From contig OY762897.2 in NCBI GenBank assembly GCA_963666515.2, positions 320,001 to 384,000 on the forward strand: DNA of 64,000 nt, written 5' to 3'. Source of the stretch: Candidatus Binatia bacterium. Lineage in GTDB: Bacteria; Desulfobacterota; Binatia; UBA9968; JAJDTQ01. A program made the translations under genes and the position numbers. The notes below the pieces were generated by a model. The model saw only the letters and a list, made by a program, of their open reading frames with translations. It had not been told where the DNA came from and ran no database searches. Of the stretch, positions 47,061-57,142 are shown piece by piece. Each line of letters begins with the position of its first letter. The stretch's first letter is position 1.

Positions 47061-48068
47061 TTACGGTAGGGAGCGCTCCCACGCCACCGCCGAGCAAACC
47101 ATCTCGTCCAACTGGTTGTGCGAGGGCGTCCAACCCAGTCTCTTTCGGATCTTCTGCGTGTCGGCGATGAGCACGGGCGGGTCGCCGGCGCGCCGGCTCG
47201 ACGGCACACGGCGAAGCTCTCGCCCGGCCAACCGTTCCACCGTGTCCAATACCTCCAGGACCGAGTAACCCCGTCCGTAACCGCAGTTGAACACCTCCGT
47301 ATCGGCGCCCCCGAAGAGGTTTTCCAGCGCGAGAAGGTGCGCCGTGATCAGGTCATCGACGTGAATGTAGTCGCGGATACACGTGCCGTCGCGGGTGGGG
47401 TAATCGGTCCCGTAGATAGGGATGCAGTCGCGCTTGCCCGCCGCCCACTCGGCTGCGACCTTGATGAGATGGGTGGCGTTCGGGGTGGACTGTCCCGCGC
47501 GGCCGTCGGGGTCGGCTCCCGCCACGTTGAAGTAACGCAGGATGGCGGCGGTGATGCCATGGGCGCGCCCGAGGTCGCGGATGATGCGTTCGCTCATCAG
47601 TTTGGATGCGCCGTAGGGACTCACGGGATGCAACCGGCCGTTCTCGCGCAAGGGTCGGTCATCCGGCCCGGGTGCACCGTAGACCGCGGCCGTCGACGAG
47701 AAGACGAGATGAGGGATGCCGAAGGCGGTCATCTGTCGGACCAGGGTCAGGGTGTTGACCGTATTGTTGGCATAGTAGCGGCCGGGATCGGAAAACGACT
47801 CCGAGACCACGATGCTGCCCGCGAAGTGCATGACCGCCTCTATCCGATACCGGCCAAAGACGTCTGCCAGCAAGCCTTCGTCGCCCACGTCGCCCTGGAT
47901 AAGGGAAACTCCATCGGGCAGATTCGCCGGACAACCGACGGACAGGTCGTCCAGGACCACGGGACGATGACCTGCGTCGAGCAGGCGATGCACCGCATGT
48001 GCCCCAATGTAGCCGGCGCCGCCGGTGACGAGTACGGTCTTTTCCCTGAATGTTGATCGCGGGTCCAT
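47061..48068 (-). CDS. galE: UDP-glucose 4-epimerase
   Basis: TGGAGYIG, HFAG, SSTAAVYG, YGASK, RYFNVAGA, DGTCIRDYIHV. Confidence 0.95.
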   Translation of the reverse strand: MDPRSTFREKTVLVTGGAGYIGAHAVHRLLDAGHRPVVLDDLSVGCPANLPDGVSLIQGDVGDEGLLADVFGRYRIEAVMHFAGSIVVSESFSDPGRYYANNTVNTLTLVRQMTAFGIPHLVFSSTAAVYGAPGPDDRPLRENGRLHPVSPYGASKLMSERIIRDLGRAHGITAAILRYFNVAGADPDGRAGQSTPNATHLIKVAAEWAAGKRDCIPIYGTDYPTRDGTCIRDYIHVDDLITAHLLALENLFGGADTEVFNCGYGRGYSVLEVLDTVERLAGRELRRVPSSRRAGDPPVLIADTQKIRKRLGWTPSHNQLDEMVCSAVAWERSLP

Positions 48069-48072
48069 GTTC

Positions 48073-48786
48073 CTACACTCCCAGGTACCGGTGCCTCACG
48101 TCCTCCGCCGCGGCCAGTTCGGCGGAGTCGCCGGTCCAGGTGATGCGGCCCTTCTCCATGATGTAGTGGCGGTCGGCGATCTGCATGAGCGCGCCGTGGT
48201 TGCTGTCGATGAGGAGGATGGCCTGCCCCGCGGACTTGAGCCGCTTCAGGCAGCGCCAGATCTCGGCGCACACCAGCGGCGCCAGCCCCTCGGTGGCCTC
48301 GTCCAGCAGGATCAGGCGGGCGTTGGTCATGAGCGCCCGGCCGATGGCGAGCATCTGCTGCTCGCCGCCCGACAGGTTGCGGCCATACAGGTTGCCGCGC
48401 GACTCCAGCGCGGGAAACATTTCGAAGATGCGCTCCACCGTCCACGGGTCCGTGGCGGGCGCCTGGGAACCGGAGCCGTATCCCGCGGCCACCAGCAGGT
48501 TCTCCCGCACGGTCAGGTTCGGAAACACCTGCCTGCCCTCCGGCACCAGCCCGATGCCGGCCCGGGCCACGGCGTAGCTCGGCCAACCCTGGATCTCGGC
48601 GTCCTGGAACCGGATCGTCCCGGCCCGTGGCCGCACCAGCCCCATGATCGACTTCACCGTGGTGGTCTTGCCCATGCCGTTGCGGCCCATGAGGGTCACC
48701 ATCTCGCCGGCGTCTACCCGGAGGGTTACGTCGAAGAGTATCTGGCTCGGACCGTAAAAAGTTTGGACGCCTTCAAGCTCCAGCAT
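48073..48786 (-). CDS. livF: Branched-chain amino acid-type ABC ATP-binding protein (LivF-like)
   Basis: GRNGMGKTT, VPEGRQVF, LSGGEQQMLAIGRAL. Confidence 0.92.
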   Translation of the reverse strand: MLELEGVQTFYGPSQILFDVTLRVDAGEMVTLMGRNGMGKTTTVKSIMGLVRPRAGTIRFQDAEIQGWPSYAVARAGIGLVPEGRQVFPNLTVRENLLVAAGYGSGSQAPATDPWTVERIFEMFPALESRGNLYGRNLSGGEQQMLAIGRALMTNARLILLDEATEGLAPLVCAEIWRCLKRLKSAGQAILLIDSNHGALMQIADRHYIMEKGRITWTGDSAELAAAEDVRHRYLGV

Positions 48787-48859
48787 CGGTATCTGTCCTT
48801 GGCGCCTTTCGTTCCTTCTCGCGTGGAACCGTCAGGCGGACGGGGTCCGCAACCTGCCC

Positions 48860-49609
48860 CTACGCGTCCTCCCCGAGATACGCCTCCCGCACCACCGGGT
48901 CGGCGCGGATCGCGTCCGGCGGGCCGGTGGCCACCTCGCGTCCGGACACCAGCACGGTGACCCGGTCGGCCAGCGCGAACACGGCGTCCATGTCGTGCTC
49001 CACCAGCAGGATGGCCACGTGTCCCTTGAGCCCGTCCAGCAGCGCCACCATGCGGTTGGCCTCGTCGGGACCCATGCCGGCCATGGGCTCGTCCAGCAAC
49101 AACAGGGCGGGGTCGGTGGCCAGCGCCATGGCGATCTCGAGCTGGCGCTGCTCGCCGTGGGCCAGGTTGCGGGCGATGACGCCGCCGCGTCCGCCGAGGC
49201 CCACCTGCTCCAGGGTGCGGCGCGCGGCACCGCGCAACGACCGGTCCGACCGCGCCGGGCGCCAGAAGCGGAAGGAGTGGCCGTCGTGGGCCTGCACGGC
49301 CATGGCGACGTTGTCCTCGGCGCTGAAGCCGCCGAACACCGAAGTGATCTGGAACGAGCGCGCCAGCCCCAGGCGGGCGCGCTCGTGCACCGGTCTGCGG
49401 GTGATGTCCCGTCCGCCGAGGCGGATGGCGCCCTCGTCCGGCGCCACCTCGCCGGAAAGCTGCTTGATGGCCGTGGTCTTGCCCGCGCCGTTGGGGCCGA
49501 TGACCGCGTGGATCTCGCCGTGGACCACGTCCAGGGACAGGGAATCCGTGGCCTTGAGGGCGCCGTACGTCTTGGTGAGCCCGCGGGCGGTGAGCAGCGG
49601 TTCAGCCAT
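48860..49609 (-). CDS. livG: Branched-chain amino acid-type ABC ATP-binding protein (LivG-like)
   Basis: GPNGAGKTT, RSFQI, LLDEPMAG, VEHDM, VREAYLG. Confidence 0.92.
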   Translation of the reverse strand: MAEPLLTARGLTKTYGALKATDSLSLDVVHGEIHAVIGPNGAGKTTAIKQLSGEVAPDEGAIRLGGRDITRRPVHERARLGLARSFQITSVFGGFSAEDNVAMAVQAHDGHSFRFWRPARSDRSLRGAARRTLEQVGLGGRGGVIARNLAHGEQRQLEIAMALATDPALLLLDEPMAGMGPDEANRMVALLDGLKGHVAILLVEHDMDAVFALADRVTVLVSGREVATGPPDAIRADPVVREAYLGEDA

Positions 49610-50606
49610 CGGCGCCGTCCCCTCGCTCGAACCAGCCCCAGATGCCGCGGCGGGCGAACAGCACCACCAGCACCAGCACCGGCCCCAGGATGATCATCCA
49701 GTGCTCCATGTACGCGGACAGGACCTCCTCCAGGAGCAGCAGCACCGCGGCGCCGATGACCGGACCCGCCAGCGTGCCCATGCCGCCCAGGATCACCATG
49801 ACCATGATCTCGCCCGAGACGGTCCAGTGCATCAGGGCGGGGTCGACGAAAGCCATGTAGTTGGCCATGAGCGCGCCCGCGAGGCCCGCGGCCGCGCCCG
49901 CCGCGACGAAGGCCGTGAGCTTGTAGCGGTAGATCGGGAAGCCGAGCGCCAGCATCCGTTCCTCGTTCTCCTTGCAGCCTTGCAGCACCATGCCGAAGCG
50001 GGAGCGCACCAGCCGCCGGCCCAGCAGCAGGAACCCCGCCAGGACGATCAGGCAGACGTAGTAGAAGGCGGCCTCGTTTTCGAGGTCGAGACCGGGGAGG
50101 CTGTTCCTCTGGGCGACGCTCAATCCGTCGTCGCCCCCGTACACCTCCAGGGATACGAAGAAATAGTAGAGCATCTGCGCGAACGCCAGCGTGATCATGA
50201 TGAAGTACATGCCGCTGGTGCGCAGGCAGACGGCGCCGATGAGAAGCGCAAGGAGCGCCGCCGCCCCCACCGCCAGCGGCCACGCAGCCATGCCGCTCTC
50301 CAGCCACGGAAGGGAGAACGGCCATGCCGGGGCCTCTCCGCCGGCGCCGTGAAACGAGAGGATCGCCACCACGTAGGCGCCGGCGCCGAAATAGGCCGAG
50401 TGGCCGAAGCTCACCATGCCGCCGAATCCCAGGATGAGGTCCAGGCTGACCGCGGCAAGCGCGAAGATGAAGATCCGAGTGAAGAGCCCGATGAGAAAGG
50501 ATTCGTCCAGCGCCTCGGCCACGGGCGGCAGCGCCGCCAGCGCGGCCGCGATGATCGCCGCCAGCACGGCTCTACGCCCACCGGCGATTTGTGCGATGCG
50601 GATCAC
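49602..50606 (-). CDS. livM: Branched-chain amino acid-type ABC permease (LivM-like)
   Basis: GMVSFGHSAYFG, YFIMITLAF, ILGGMGT. Confidence 0.92.
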   Translation of the reverse strand: MIRIAQIAGGRRAVLAAIIAAALAALPPVAEALDESFLIGLFTRIFIFALAAVSLDLILGFGGMVSFGHSAYFGAGAYVVAILSFHGAGGEAPAWPFSLPWLESGMAAWPLAVGAAALLALLIGAVCLRTSGMYFIMITLAFAQMLYYFFVSLEVYGGDDGLSVAQRNSLPGLDLENEAAFYYVCLIVLAGFLLLGRRLVRSRFGMVLQGCKENEERMLALGFPIYRYKLTAFVAAGAAAGLAGALMANYMAFVDPALMHWTVSGEIMVMVILGGMGTLAGPVIGAAVLLLLEEVLSAYMEHWMIILGPVLVLVVLFARRGIWGWFERGDGADG

Positions 50607-51532
50607 TGGTATCTGCTATGCACCGGGAGCAGTCCTTGCGGCCGCCACACCAGGATCGCCGCCATGAAGATGTAGATGGACATGGAGGCCAGGGAGGCGC
50701 CGACGCCGTTGGCGGTGGCGGGGTCGAGGAACAGCCCCAGGGAGACCGGCAGGAACGCCCGCCCCATGGTGTCGATGAAACCCACCAGGATGGAGCCCAC
50801 GAGCGCCCCGCGAACCGAGCCGATGCCGCCGATGACGATCACCACGAAGGTCAGGATCAGGATGTTCTCGCCCATCCCCACCTCCACCGACCATACCGGC
50901 CCGGCCATGGCGCCGGCGAGACCGGCCAGCAGTGCGCCCAGCCCGAACACCAGGGTGTAGAGCAGCGGCACGTTCACCCCCAGCGCCCCGATGATCTCCC
51001 GGTTGCTGGCGCTGGCCCGGATCATCATGCCCGCGCGGGTGCGGATGATGAGCCAGTAGAGCGAGAACGCCACCAGGCCGCCCACCGCGATGATGGCGAG
51101 CCGGTACACCGGGTAGTCCACCCCCGGGATGATCTGCACCGATCCAGAGAGCGCCGCCGGAACGTCGAGGAACAGCGCGCGCGGCCCCCAGATGATTTTG
51201 GTCAGCTCGTTGAAGAAAAGGATCAGGCCGAAGGTGGCCAGGACCTGGTCGAGGTGGTCGCGGCTGTAGAGGGTCCGCAGCGCCACCCGTTCCACCGCCA
51301 TCCCCACCAGCGCCGAAGCGCACAGCGTGGCGGCCAGCGCCAGCCAGAACGAGCCGGTGACCTGGTACACGGTGGCGCACACGTAGGCCCCCACCATGTA
51401 AAGGGAGCCGTGGGCGAGATTGATCATCCCCATGATGCCGAACACCAGCGTGAGGCCGGCCGCCATGAGGAAAAGCATCACCCCGAACTGCAGGCCGTTC
51501 AGAACCTGCTCGAGGACCAGCAGCGTGGACAT
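50603..51532 (-). CDS. livH: Branched-chain amino acid-type ABC permease (LivH-like)
   Basis: GLTLVFG, INLAHG, VVIVIGGIGS, RPQGL. Confidence 0.92.
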   Translation of the reverse strand: MSTLLVLEQVLNGLQFGVMLFLMAAGLTLVFGIMGMINLAHGSLYMVGAYVCATVYQVTGSFWLALAATLCASALVGMAVERVALRTLYSRDHLDQVLATFGLILFFNELTKIIWGPRALFLDVPAALSGSVQIIPGVDYPVYRLAIIAVGGLVAFSLYWLIIRTRAGMMIRASASNREIIGALGVNVPLLYTLVFGLGALLAGLAGAMAGPVWSVEVGMGENILILTFVVIVIGGIGSVRGALVGSILVGFIDTMGRAFLPVSLGLFLDPATANGVGASLASMSIYIFMAAILVWRPQGLLPVHSRYQ

Positions 51533-51565
51533 GGTTCGTGGGCTCGGTCTCGCCCCGCCTCCCTC

Positions 51566-51674
51566 CTGGATTCCGGGTCAAGCCCGGAATGACGGAAAGC
51601 GTCACCCCGGACTTGATCCGGGGTCCAGAGGCGGGGGCGGCACCCCTGGTTTCCGGGTCATGCCCGGAGTGACG
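51566..51674. repeat. REP/BIME-like composite palindrome, family A
   Basis: 51565-51631 is identical over 67 bp to 57076-57142. Confidence 0.9.
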
Positions 51675-51704
51675 GGGTCGGGTTCCGGTAGCAGGACCGT
51701 CGGC

Positions 51705-51734
51705 GTCCCGTCTCACCGGTCCGTGAGACGGGAC
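51705..51734. terminator. Stem-loop downstream of the Liv binding-protein gene
   Basis: gtcccgtctcac-cggtcc-gtgagacgggac. Confidence 0.7.
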
Positions 51735-51754
51735 ATCCGTTCAAAGGCGGGTCG

Positions 51755-52915
51755 CTACATCTTGCACTGGCCGGCGTAGGCGTCCGCGTGGTTCGAGAAG
51801 GCCTTGCCGATGATCCTGTTGGTCAGCACCTTGCCCTCGCGTACCACCTCTCGGACGTAGACGTCCTGAATCGGATGGTGGTTCGGGCCGAACTTGAAGC
51901 TGCCGCGCACCGACTCGAAGTCGGCCTTGCGCAGGGCCGCGCGGAACGCGGCCTTGTCGGACACCTTGCCGCCGGTGCTCTTGAGCGCGGATCCGATCAG
52001 GAGCGCCGCGTCGTAGCCCTGGCTGGCGTACAGCGACGGCAGCCGCTTGTACGCTTTCTGGAAACCGGCGACAAAGGCCTTGTTGGCCGGGTTGTCGATG
52101 TCCTTGTTCCACTGGGAGGAGTTGATCACTCCCAGCGCGGCGTCGCCCACCGCCCCCAGGATGGTCTGGTCGAACGAGAACGCCGGTCCGAACAGCGGGA
52201 TCTTCCCGGTCAGGCCCGCCTGGTGGTACTGCTTGATGAAGCTGATGCCCATGCCGCCGGGCAGGAAGAAGAACACCGCGTCCGGGTTGGCGCCGCGTAG
52301 CGCGGCGATCTCGGCCGCGTAGTCCTTCTGCCCCAGCTTGGTGTAGACTTCGCCGGCCACCTTGCCCTTGTAGAAGCGCTTGAAGCCCCGCAGCGCATCC
52401 TTCCCAGCGGGGTAGTTGGGCGCCAGGATGTACGCGTTCTTGTATCCCTTCTGCGCCACGTGCTGGCCCATGGCCTCGTGCAGGTTGTCGTTCTGCCATG
52501 CGACGTTGAAGTAGTTCTCATGGCAGCCCTTTCCGGCCAGCTTCGACGGACCCGCGTTGGGGCTGATGTAGAACACTCCGGCCTCCACCACCTTCGGCAC
52601 CACCGCGATGGCCAGGTTCGACCAGATGATGCCGGTCATGATGTCCACCTTGTCGCGCTTCACGAACCGGTTGGCCACCTGCAGCGCCTTCCCCGACTTG
52701 CGCGCGTCGTCCTCCACCAGGAACTCCACCGCGGTCCCGCCGAGCTTGCCGCCCTCCTGGTCCACGGCCAGCTTGAAGCCGTCCCGCACCGCCACGCCGA
52801 GCGCGCTGCCGCCGCCCGACAGGGTCGTGATCATGCCGACCTTCACCTGGGCCGCCAGCGTCGCCGGCGCCCCGGCCAGGACAATCGTAATCAGGGCAAT
52901 CATCCATTTTCTCAC
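51755..52915 (-). CDS. ABC transporter substrate-binding protein (LivK/HAAT family, aromatic-binding type)
   Basis: Signal peptide, VKVGMITTLSG, GIIWSN, QGYDAA; AGGAGG RBS. Confidence 0.9.
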   Translation of the reverse strand: MRKWMIALITIVLAGAPATLAAQVKVGMITTLSGGGSALGVAVRDGFKLAVDQEGGKLGGTAVEFLVEDDARKSGKALQVANRFVKRDKVDIMTGIIWSNLAIAVVPKVVEAGVFYISPNAGPSKLAGKGCHENYFNVAWQNDNLHEAMGQHVAQKGYKNAYILAPNYPAGKDALRGFKRFYKGKVAGEVYTKLGQKDYAAEIAALRGANPDAVFFFLPGGMGISFIKQYHQAGLTGKIPLFGPAFSFDQTILGAVGDAALGVINSSQWNKDIDNPANKAFVAGFQKAYKRLPSLYASQGYDAALLIGSALKSTGGKVSDKAAFRAALRKADFESVRGSFKFGPNHHPIQDVYVREVVREGKVLTNRIIGKAFSNHADAYAGQCKM

Positions 52916-53025
52916 GGGGAGAAACCTCCTTTTTTTCCAGTGAATCCGGCGATCTTACCTTTTGCCGCGATGCGCCGTCAATGCCATGCTGTTGATGAAT
53001 GTCGGACTACAGCGAAATGAAAAAG

Positions 53026-53355
53026 TTATTCGAGAACCCGGTAAAACCGCTTCTCCAAGCCCTCTCCTGCAACTAGGTCCACGACTTTGTCGACAAGCAA
53101 TCGCAGTTCCTGAACACGTGTTCGTTGCGCAATCATTGCCACGACAGGAACCGGCAGTCTGTCAATGTTCTGCTGGTGCTCCATGCTCTGGTCGGCGGTG
53201 ATCAGCGCATCGAATCCGTGAGAACCGGCCAGTCTCAAGAGGTCGCCATTCTTGCTGCCTGCCCACCCCATCCGTTGGACCGTGTGGATCTCGAACTCGT
53301 CAGGGAAATGGTCCGCAAGTTGTCTTGGAAGGGATTCGTCAAAAAGGAGCTTCAT
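53026..53355 (-). CDS. DUF5615 PIN-like toxin
   Basis: MKLLFDESLP, GWAGSKNGDLL, LITAD. Confidence 0.85.
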   Translation of the reverse strand: MKLLFDESLPRQLADHFPDEFEIHTVQRMGWAGSKNGDLLRLAGSHGFDALITADQSMEHQQNIDRLPVPVVAMIAQRTRVQELRLLVDKVVDLVAGEGLEKRFYRVLE

Positions 53356-53563
53356 TCAGGTTGTTCGTGAGCGCTGTCTTTGCCCGCTTAAGCACTTCGA
53401 TCGCCTGGGTGCGGGAGACGGTAGGGTGGTTGTCCAGGAAGTCATCAAGCCGGTCGCCCGCTTCCAGATACTCGATCAGGATACGTACCGGCACACGGGT
53501 CCCCGCAAACACAGGAGTTCCCCCGAGGATATCCACGTTTGTGTCGATCAAGCGATCCTTCAT
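53339..53563 (-). CDS. DUF433 antitoxin
   Basis: ILGGTPVFAGTRVPV; overlaps the PIN-like gene. Confidence 0.9.
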   Translation of the reverse strand: MKDRLIDTNVDILGGTPVFAGTRVPVRILIEYLEAGDRLDDFLDNHPTVSRTQAIEVLKRAKTALTNNLNEAPF

Positions 53564-53576
53564 GGTTCCATCCTCC

Positions 53577-54608
53577 TCAGCTCGCCTCGCGGTACAGGTC
53601 CAGGGCCTTCATCACCGGAGCGTCGCTCATGGACAGGAGGATGGCGTCGGTGTCCGGGGAGTGGTTGGCGTGGGCGTGCTGGTTCCACAGCGGCACCACG
53701 AAGGAGTCGCCCTGCCGCCACTCGAAGACCCTGCCGCCGACGATGGAAGTGCCGGAGCCCCGGTACACGTGGTAGATGACGGTGCTGGTGTGCCGGTGGG
53801 GCTGGGTCTCCTGGCCCGGCTCCAGGAGTTGGACCGCGCACTGGATGGTGGGCATGGTGGGTCCGCCGTTGACGGGGTTCAGGAATTCGAGCAGGTAGCC
53901 GTCGTACGGATCCCGGCCCGACCCGTTGCGCCGGAGCCGTTCCAGGCTGCGCTCGGTATCGGCCCACTTGTAGTGGAAGAACTGCTTGGGTGGCTCCAGC
54001 GCCGGGCGGGCGTGGCTGTAGAACCCGGCCACCTCCTCGCTGGTGGCCTCCAGCGCCTGCTGCTCTTGGTGATAGGGCTCGAAGAAGAGCTGGTGCAACG
54101 CCTGTGTGAGCGGGATGTCCAGGCCGTCGAGCCAGATGATGGGCTTGCCCGAGTCGTTGACGTGGTCGTGCCACGTGAGCTGGGGCGTGAGGATGAGATC
54201 ACCCTCTTCCATTACGCACTGCTGTCCGTTGACCATGGTGTAGGCGCCCCGCCCTTGCAGCACGAAGCGGAAGGCCGCGGCCGTGTGCCGGTGGGCGCGC
54301 GCGTACTCGCCGTGCTTCACGTACTGGAACGAGAAGTGGATGGTGTGGGTGGTGCCGTGGCCGCCGGGAATGCCGGGGTTCAGGAGCCGGATGGTCCGCC
54401 GCTCCGCGTCTTGCTCCAGGTTCACCACCTCCCCGGCCCGTATCATGCTTTCGTGCACGTCTTCCCAGCGCCACAGGCAGGGCTGCACGCTGCTGACGGG
54501 GTAGGGCGGCAGGTCCTCCAGCCCCAGGTTCCAATGCCCTTCGAGGCTCTTCTCGCTCATGTCCCGGTTGAGCTGATCGATGGAATCGCGGATGCGTTCC
54601 TGCTTCAT
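53577..54608 (-). CDS. Bicupin ring-cleavage dioxygenase (gentisate 1,2-dioxygenase family)
   Basis: PCLWRW, AERRTIRLLNPG, AHRH, WHDH, WLDGLDIP, NPVNGGPTMPT, PHRH. Confidence 0.88.
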   Translation of the reverse strand: MKQERIRDSIDQLNRDMSEKSLEGHWNLGLEDLPPYPVSSVQPCLWRWEDVHESMIRAGEVVNLEQDAERRTIRLLNPGIPGGHGTTHTIHFSFQYVKHGEYARAHRHTAAAFRFVLQGRGAYTMVNGQQCVMEEGDLILTPQLTWHDHVNDSGKPIIWLDGLDIPLTQALHQLFFEPYHQEQQALEATSEEVAGFYSHARPALEPPKQFFHYKWADTERSLERLRRNGSGRDPYDGYLLEFLNPVNGGPTMPTIQCAVQLLEPGQETQPHRHTSTVIYHVYRGSGTSIVGGRVFEWRQGDSFVVPLWNQHAHANHSPDTDAILLSMSDAPVMKALDLYREAS

Positions 54609-54794
54609 TTCGGTCTCCTTCCGCCCGTCACGGTCGATCCACGGCACAGAATACACCACCGGCGAAACAAGTGAAACGATCCGGCCGGGGCTGACTGTCG
54701 GCAACGGACGGCCGCCGCACGCATCGTTGCAATTGCCCGCGTTGCCCGATATGTCATCCCTTCTGCCGGTAAATCCCAAGCACAAGGAAGTCGC

Positions 54795-55772
54795 ATGCTG
54801 GTCATCTCGGAAGCACAGGTAAGGGAACTGTTGGATCTCGATGAGTTGATCGCCGCGCTGGAGCAGGCGCACGTCCAGTTCTCCGCGGGCAGGGTGGTGA
54901 TGCCGGTGCGCCTGGTGGTGCCGTTGCCGGAGATCCAGGGCCGCATCACCAGCATGCCGGCGTACATGAGCGAGGAAAAGGCGCTGGGGATCAAGATCAT
55001 CTCCTATTTCCGCGACAACCCGAAACAGAGCCTACCGCCGATCCTGGCCACCATCTCGCTCTACAGCGCCGAGACCGGAGGACTGGAGGTGTTGATGGAC
55101 GGTGTCTACGTCACCGCCATCCGCACCGCATGCGCGTCGGCCATGGCCACCAAGGCGCTGGCGCGGCCGGAGACGCCGGTGCTGGGCGTCCTGGGCGCCG
55201 GCACCCAGGCGCGCACCCACATCCGCGCGCTGAGTCGGGTCCGCTCCATCGAGCGGGTGCTCATCTGGAGTCCGTCGCGCCTCAATGCGATCTACGTGAA
55301 GGAAGAACTGGAGGACGAGTTGGGTTTCCCGATCCAGCCGCAGGAATCCGCCGAGGCAGTGGTGCGCGAGTCGGACATCCTGACCGCGGTGACGGATTCG
55401 GCCGAGCCCATCCTCGAAGCCGGTTGGCTCAAGCCCGGCGTCCACATCAACGCCGTCGGCTCGCACCGGCCCGAGGCCCGGGAGATGGGCGGCGACACGG
55501 TCAAGCGGTCTACCGTGATCGTGGACTCGCTGGACGCCATCAATACCGAGTGCGGCGACATCCTGCTGGCCGTCAAGGAGGGCGCCATCACGCCGGACCA
55601 CGTGCGCGGCGAGATCGGCGAGGTGCTGGCGGGCGCCAAGCCCGGACGCACGAGCGACGACGAGATCACCATGTACAAGTCGGTGGGCATTGCGGCCCAG
55701 GACGTGGCCGCAGCCAGCCTGGTGTACCGGCGGGCGCGGGAGCAAGGCGTCGGCACTGAGGTGGAGATGTAG
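54795..55772 (+). CDS. Ornithine cyclodeaminase/mu-crystallin family protein
   Basis: TAIRTA, LGAGTQA, PGVHINAVG, YKSVGIAAQD. Confidence 0.92.
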   Translation: MLVISEAQVRELLDLDELIAALEQAHVQFSAGRVVMPVRLVVPLPEIQGRITSMPAYMSEEKALGIKIISYFRDNPKQSLPPILATISLYSAETGGLEVLMDGVYVTAIRTACASAMATKALARPETPVLGVLGAGTQARTHIRALSRVRSIERVLIWSPSRLNAIYVKEELEDELGFPIQPQESAEAVVRESDILTAVTDSAEPILEAGWLKPGVHINAVGSHRPEAREMGGDTVKRSTVIVDSLDAINTECGDILLAVKEGAITPDHVRGEIGEVLAGAKPGRTSDDEITMYKSVGIAAQDVAAASLVYRRAREQGVGTEVEM

Positions 55773-55796
55773 GGCGCTCGACTCGGAACATACATC

Positions 55797-56984
55797 ATGG
55801 ACGCCAACGAAGCTCGAAAACGCATAGAGGAAGGCCTGGACGAGGAAGAGGTCCGGCGCCTCCTGGTCAAGTTGCTGCAAACCCCCAGCCCCCAGACCGA
55901 GCTGCTCGAGAGGGAGCCGCAGGTGCTGGCGCTGATCCGCGACGTGGTGCGGCCGGAGCTGGAGGCAGAGGGCATCGACGCCGCCATCGACGACATGGGC
56001 AACCTCACGGCGAGGTTGCCCGGCAGCGGCGCCGCGCCCGGCCTGGTGCTGGTGTCGTACGCCATGAACGCGGCCCCCAGCACCATGCCCAACCCCTACT
56101 CCGGCGAGATCGTGGACGGCGCGCCCTACGGCCTGGAGGGGCCGTGCGGCTGGGGCCGCGGCGCGTGCGAGCAGAAGGGCAGTCTGGCGGCCATGCTGAG
56201 CGCGGTGAAGCTCCTCGCCCGGAACGGCTGGGAGCTTCCGGGAGACCTCTACTTCGTCACCAGCACCGCGGGCGAGAGCGGCAAGCACGAGTCCCTCGAC
56301 CACGTGCTTTCGAGCGGCGCCATCGACGCCGGCTGGGGCCTCATCGACGGCCCGCCCGAGATCCAGTTGGGCAACAAGGGCCGCATCGACGTGCGCATCG
56401 TGGTGCGCGGCCGCCAGGCCCACAGCAGCCGTCCGTGGGACGGCGTCAACGCCGTGGACGGCGCCGTGAAGGTTCTGGAGAAGCTGGCGCCGCTGATGCC
56501 GTATCCCGAGGACAAGAGCCATCCCGAACTGGGCCGGGTTTCCCTGACTCCCACCGCCATCGAGAGCTTTCCCAAGTCGACCCACACCATTCCCAGCGAG
56601 TGCCACATCAAGATGGACCGCCGGCTGTTGCCGGGCGACGACGCCGACCGGGCGGTGGTCCAGCTCGCCGACGCCATCGGCAGCATCGAGCCCTGCGAGG
56701 TGGCGCTGGAGAAGGAAGAGTTCATGTATCCCTGCGAGGTGGGAAAGGACGCCGGCGTGGTGGTGGCACTGGGCGACGCCATCCGCACCATGCTGGGACG
56801 GGAGCCGGAATACAGCTTCTCCACCGCGGCCAACGACACCGGCCTCCTCAACGTGAGGGGCATCGAGACCGTCAACTACGGCTCCCGCGCCGTCCGGTTC
56901 CAGCACACCGACAACGACCTGGTGCCGCTCAAGAGCGTCGTCGAGGCTGCCAAGGTGTTCATGTACATGGCGCTGCACCGCTGA
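55797..56984 (+). CDS. M20 family (ArgE/DapE-like) protein with atypical metal ligands
   Basis: WGRGACEQKG, GRQAHSSRPWDGVNAV, TIPSEC, DRRLLPG, QHTDND. Confidence 0.8.
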   Translation: MDANEARKRIEEGLDEEEVRRLLVKLLQTPSPQTELLEREPQVLALIRDVVRPELEAEGIDAAIDDMGNLTARLPGSGAAPGLVLVSYAMNAAPSTMPNPYSGEIVDGAPYGLEGPCGWGRGACEQKGSLAAMLSAVKLLARNGWELPGDLYFVTSTAGESGKHESLDHVLSSGAIDAGWGLIDGPPEIQLGNKGRIDVRIVVRGRQAHSSRPWDGVNAVDGAVKVLEKLAPLMPYPEDKSHPELGRVSLTPTAIESFPKSTHTIPSECHIKMDRRLLPGDDADRAVVQLADAIGSIEPCEVALEKEEFMYPCEVGKDAGVVVALGDAIRTMLGREPEYSFSTAANDTGLLNVRGIETVNYGSRAVRFQHTDNDLVPLKSVVEAAKVFMYMALHR

Positions 56985-56998
56985 CGCGCCCAAGTCTG

Positions 56999-57142
56999 CC
57001 CGGACTTGATCCGGGAAACCCCGGACCCCGGGTCAAGCCCGGGGCAGGCTCGATCCGGGGTCCAGAGGGGAGCCGCCTGGATTCCGGGTCAAGCCCGGAA
57101 TGACGGAAAGCGTCACCCCGGACTTGATCCGGGGTCCAGAGG
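56999..57142. repeat. REP/BIME-like composite palindrome, family A (extended array)
   Basis: Several GGACTTGATCC and GGGTCAAGCCC hairpin units in intergenic DNA. Confidence 0.9.

Noticed and set aside
56999-57142. CRISPR array
   Set aside because: Units alternate in orientation, spacing is irregular and no cas genes are present; this is a REP/BIME-like structure.
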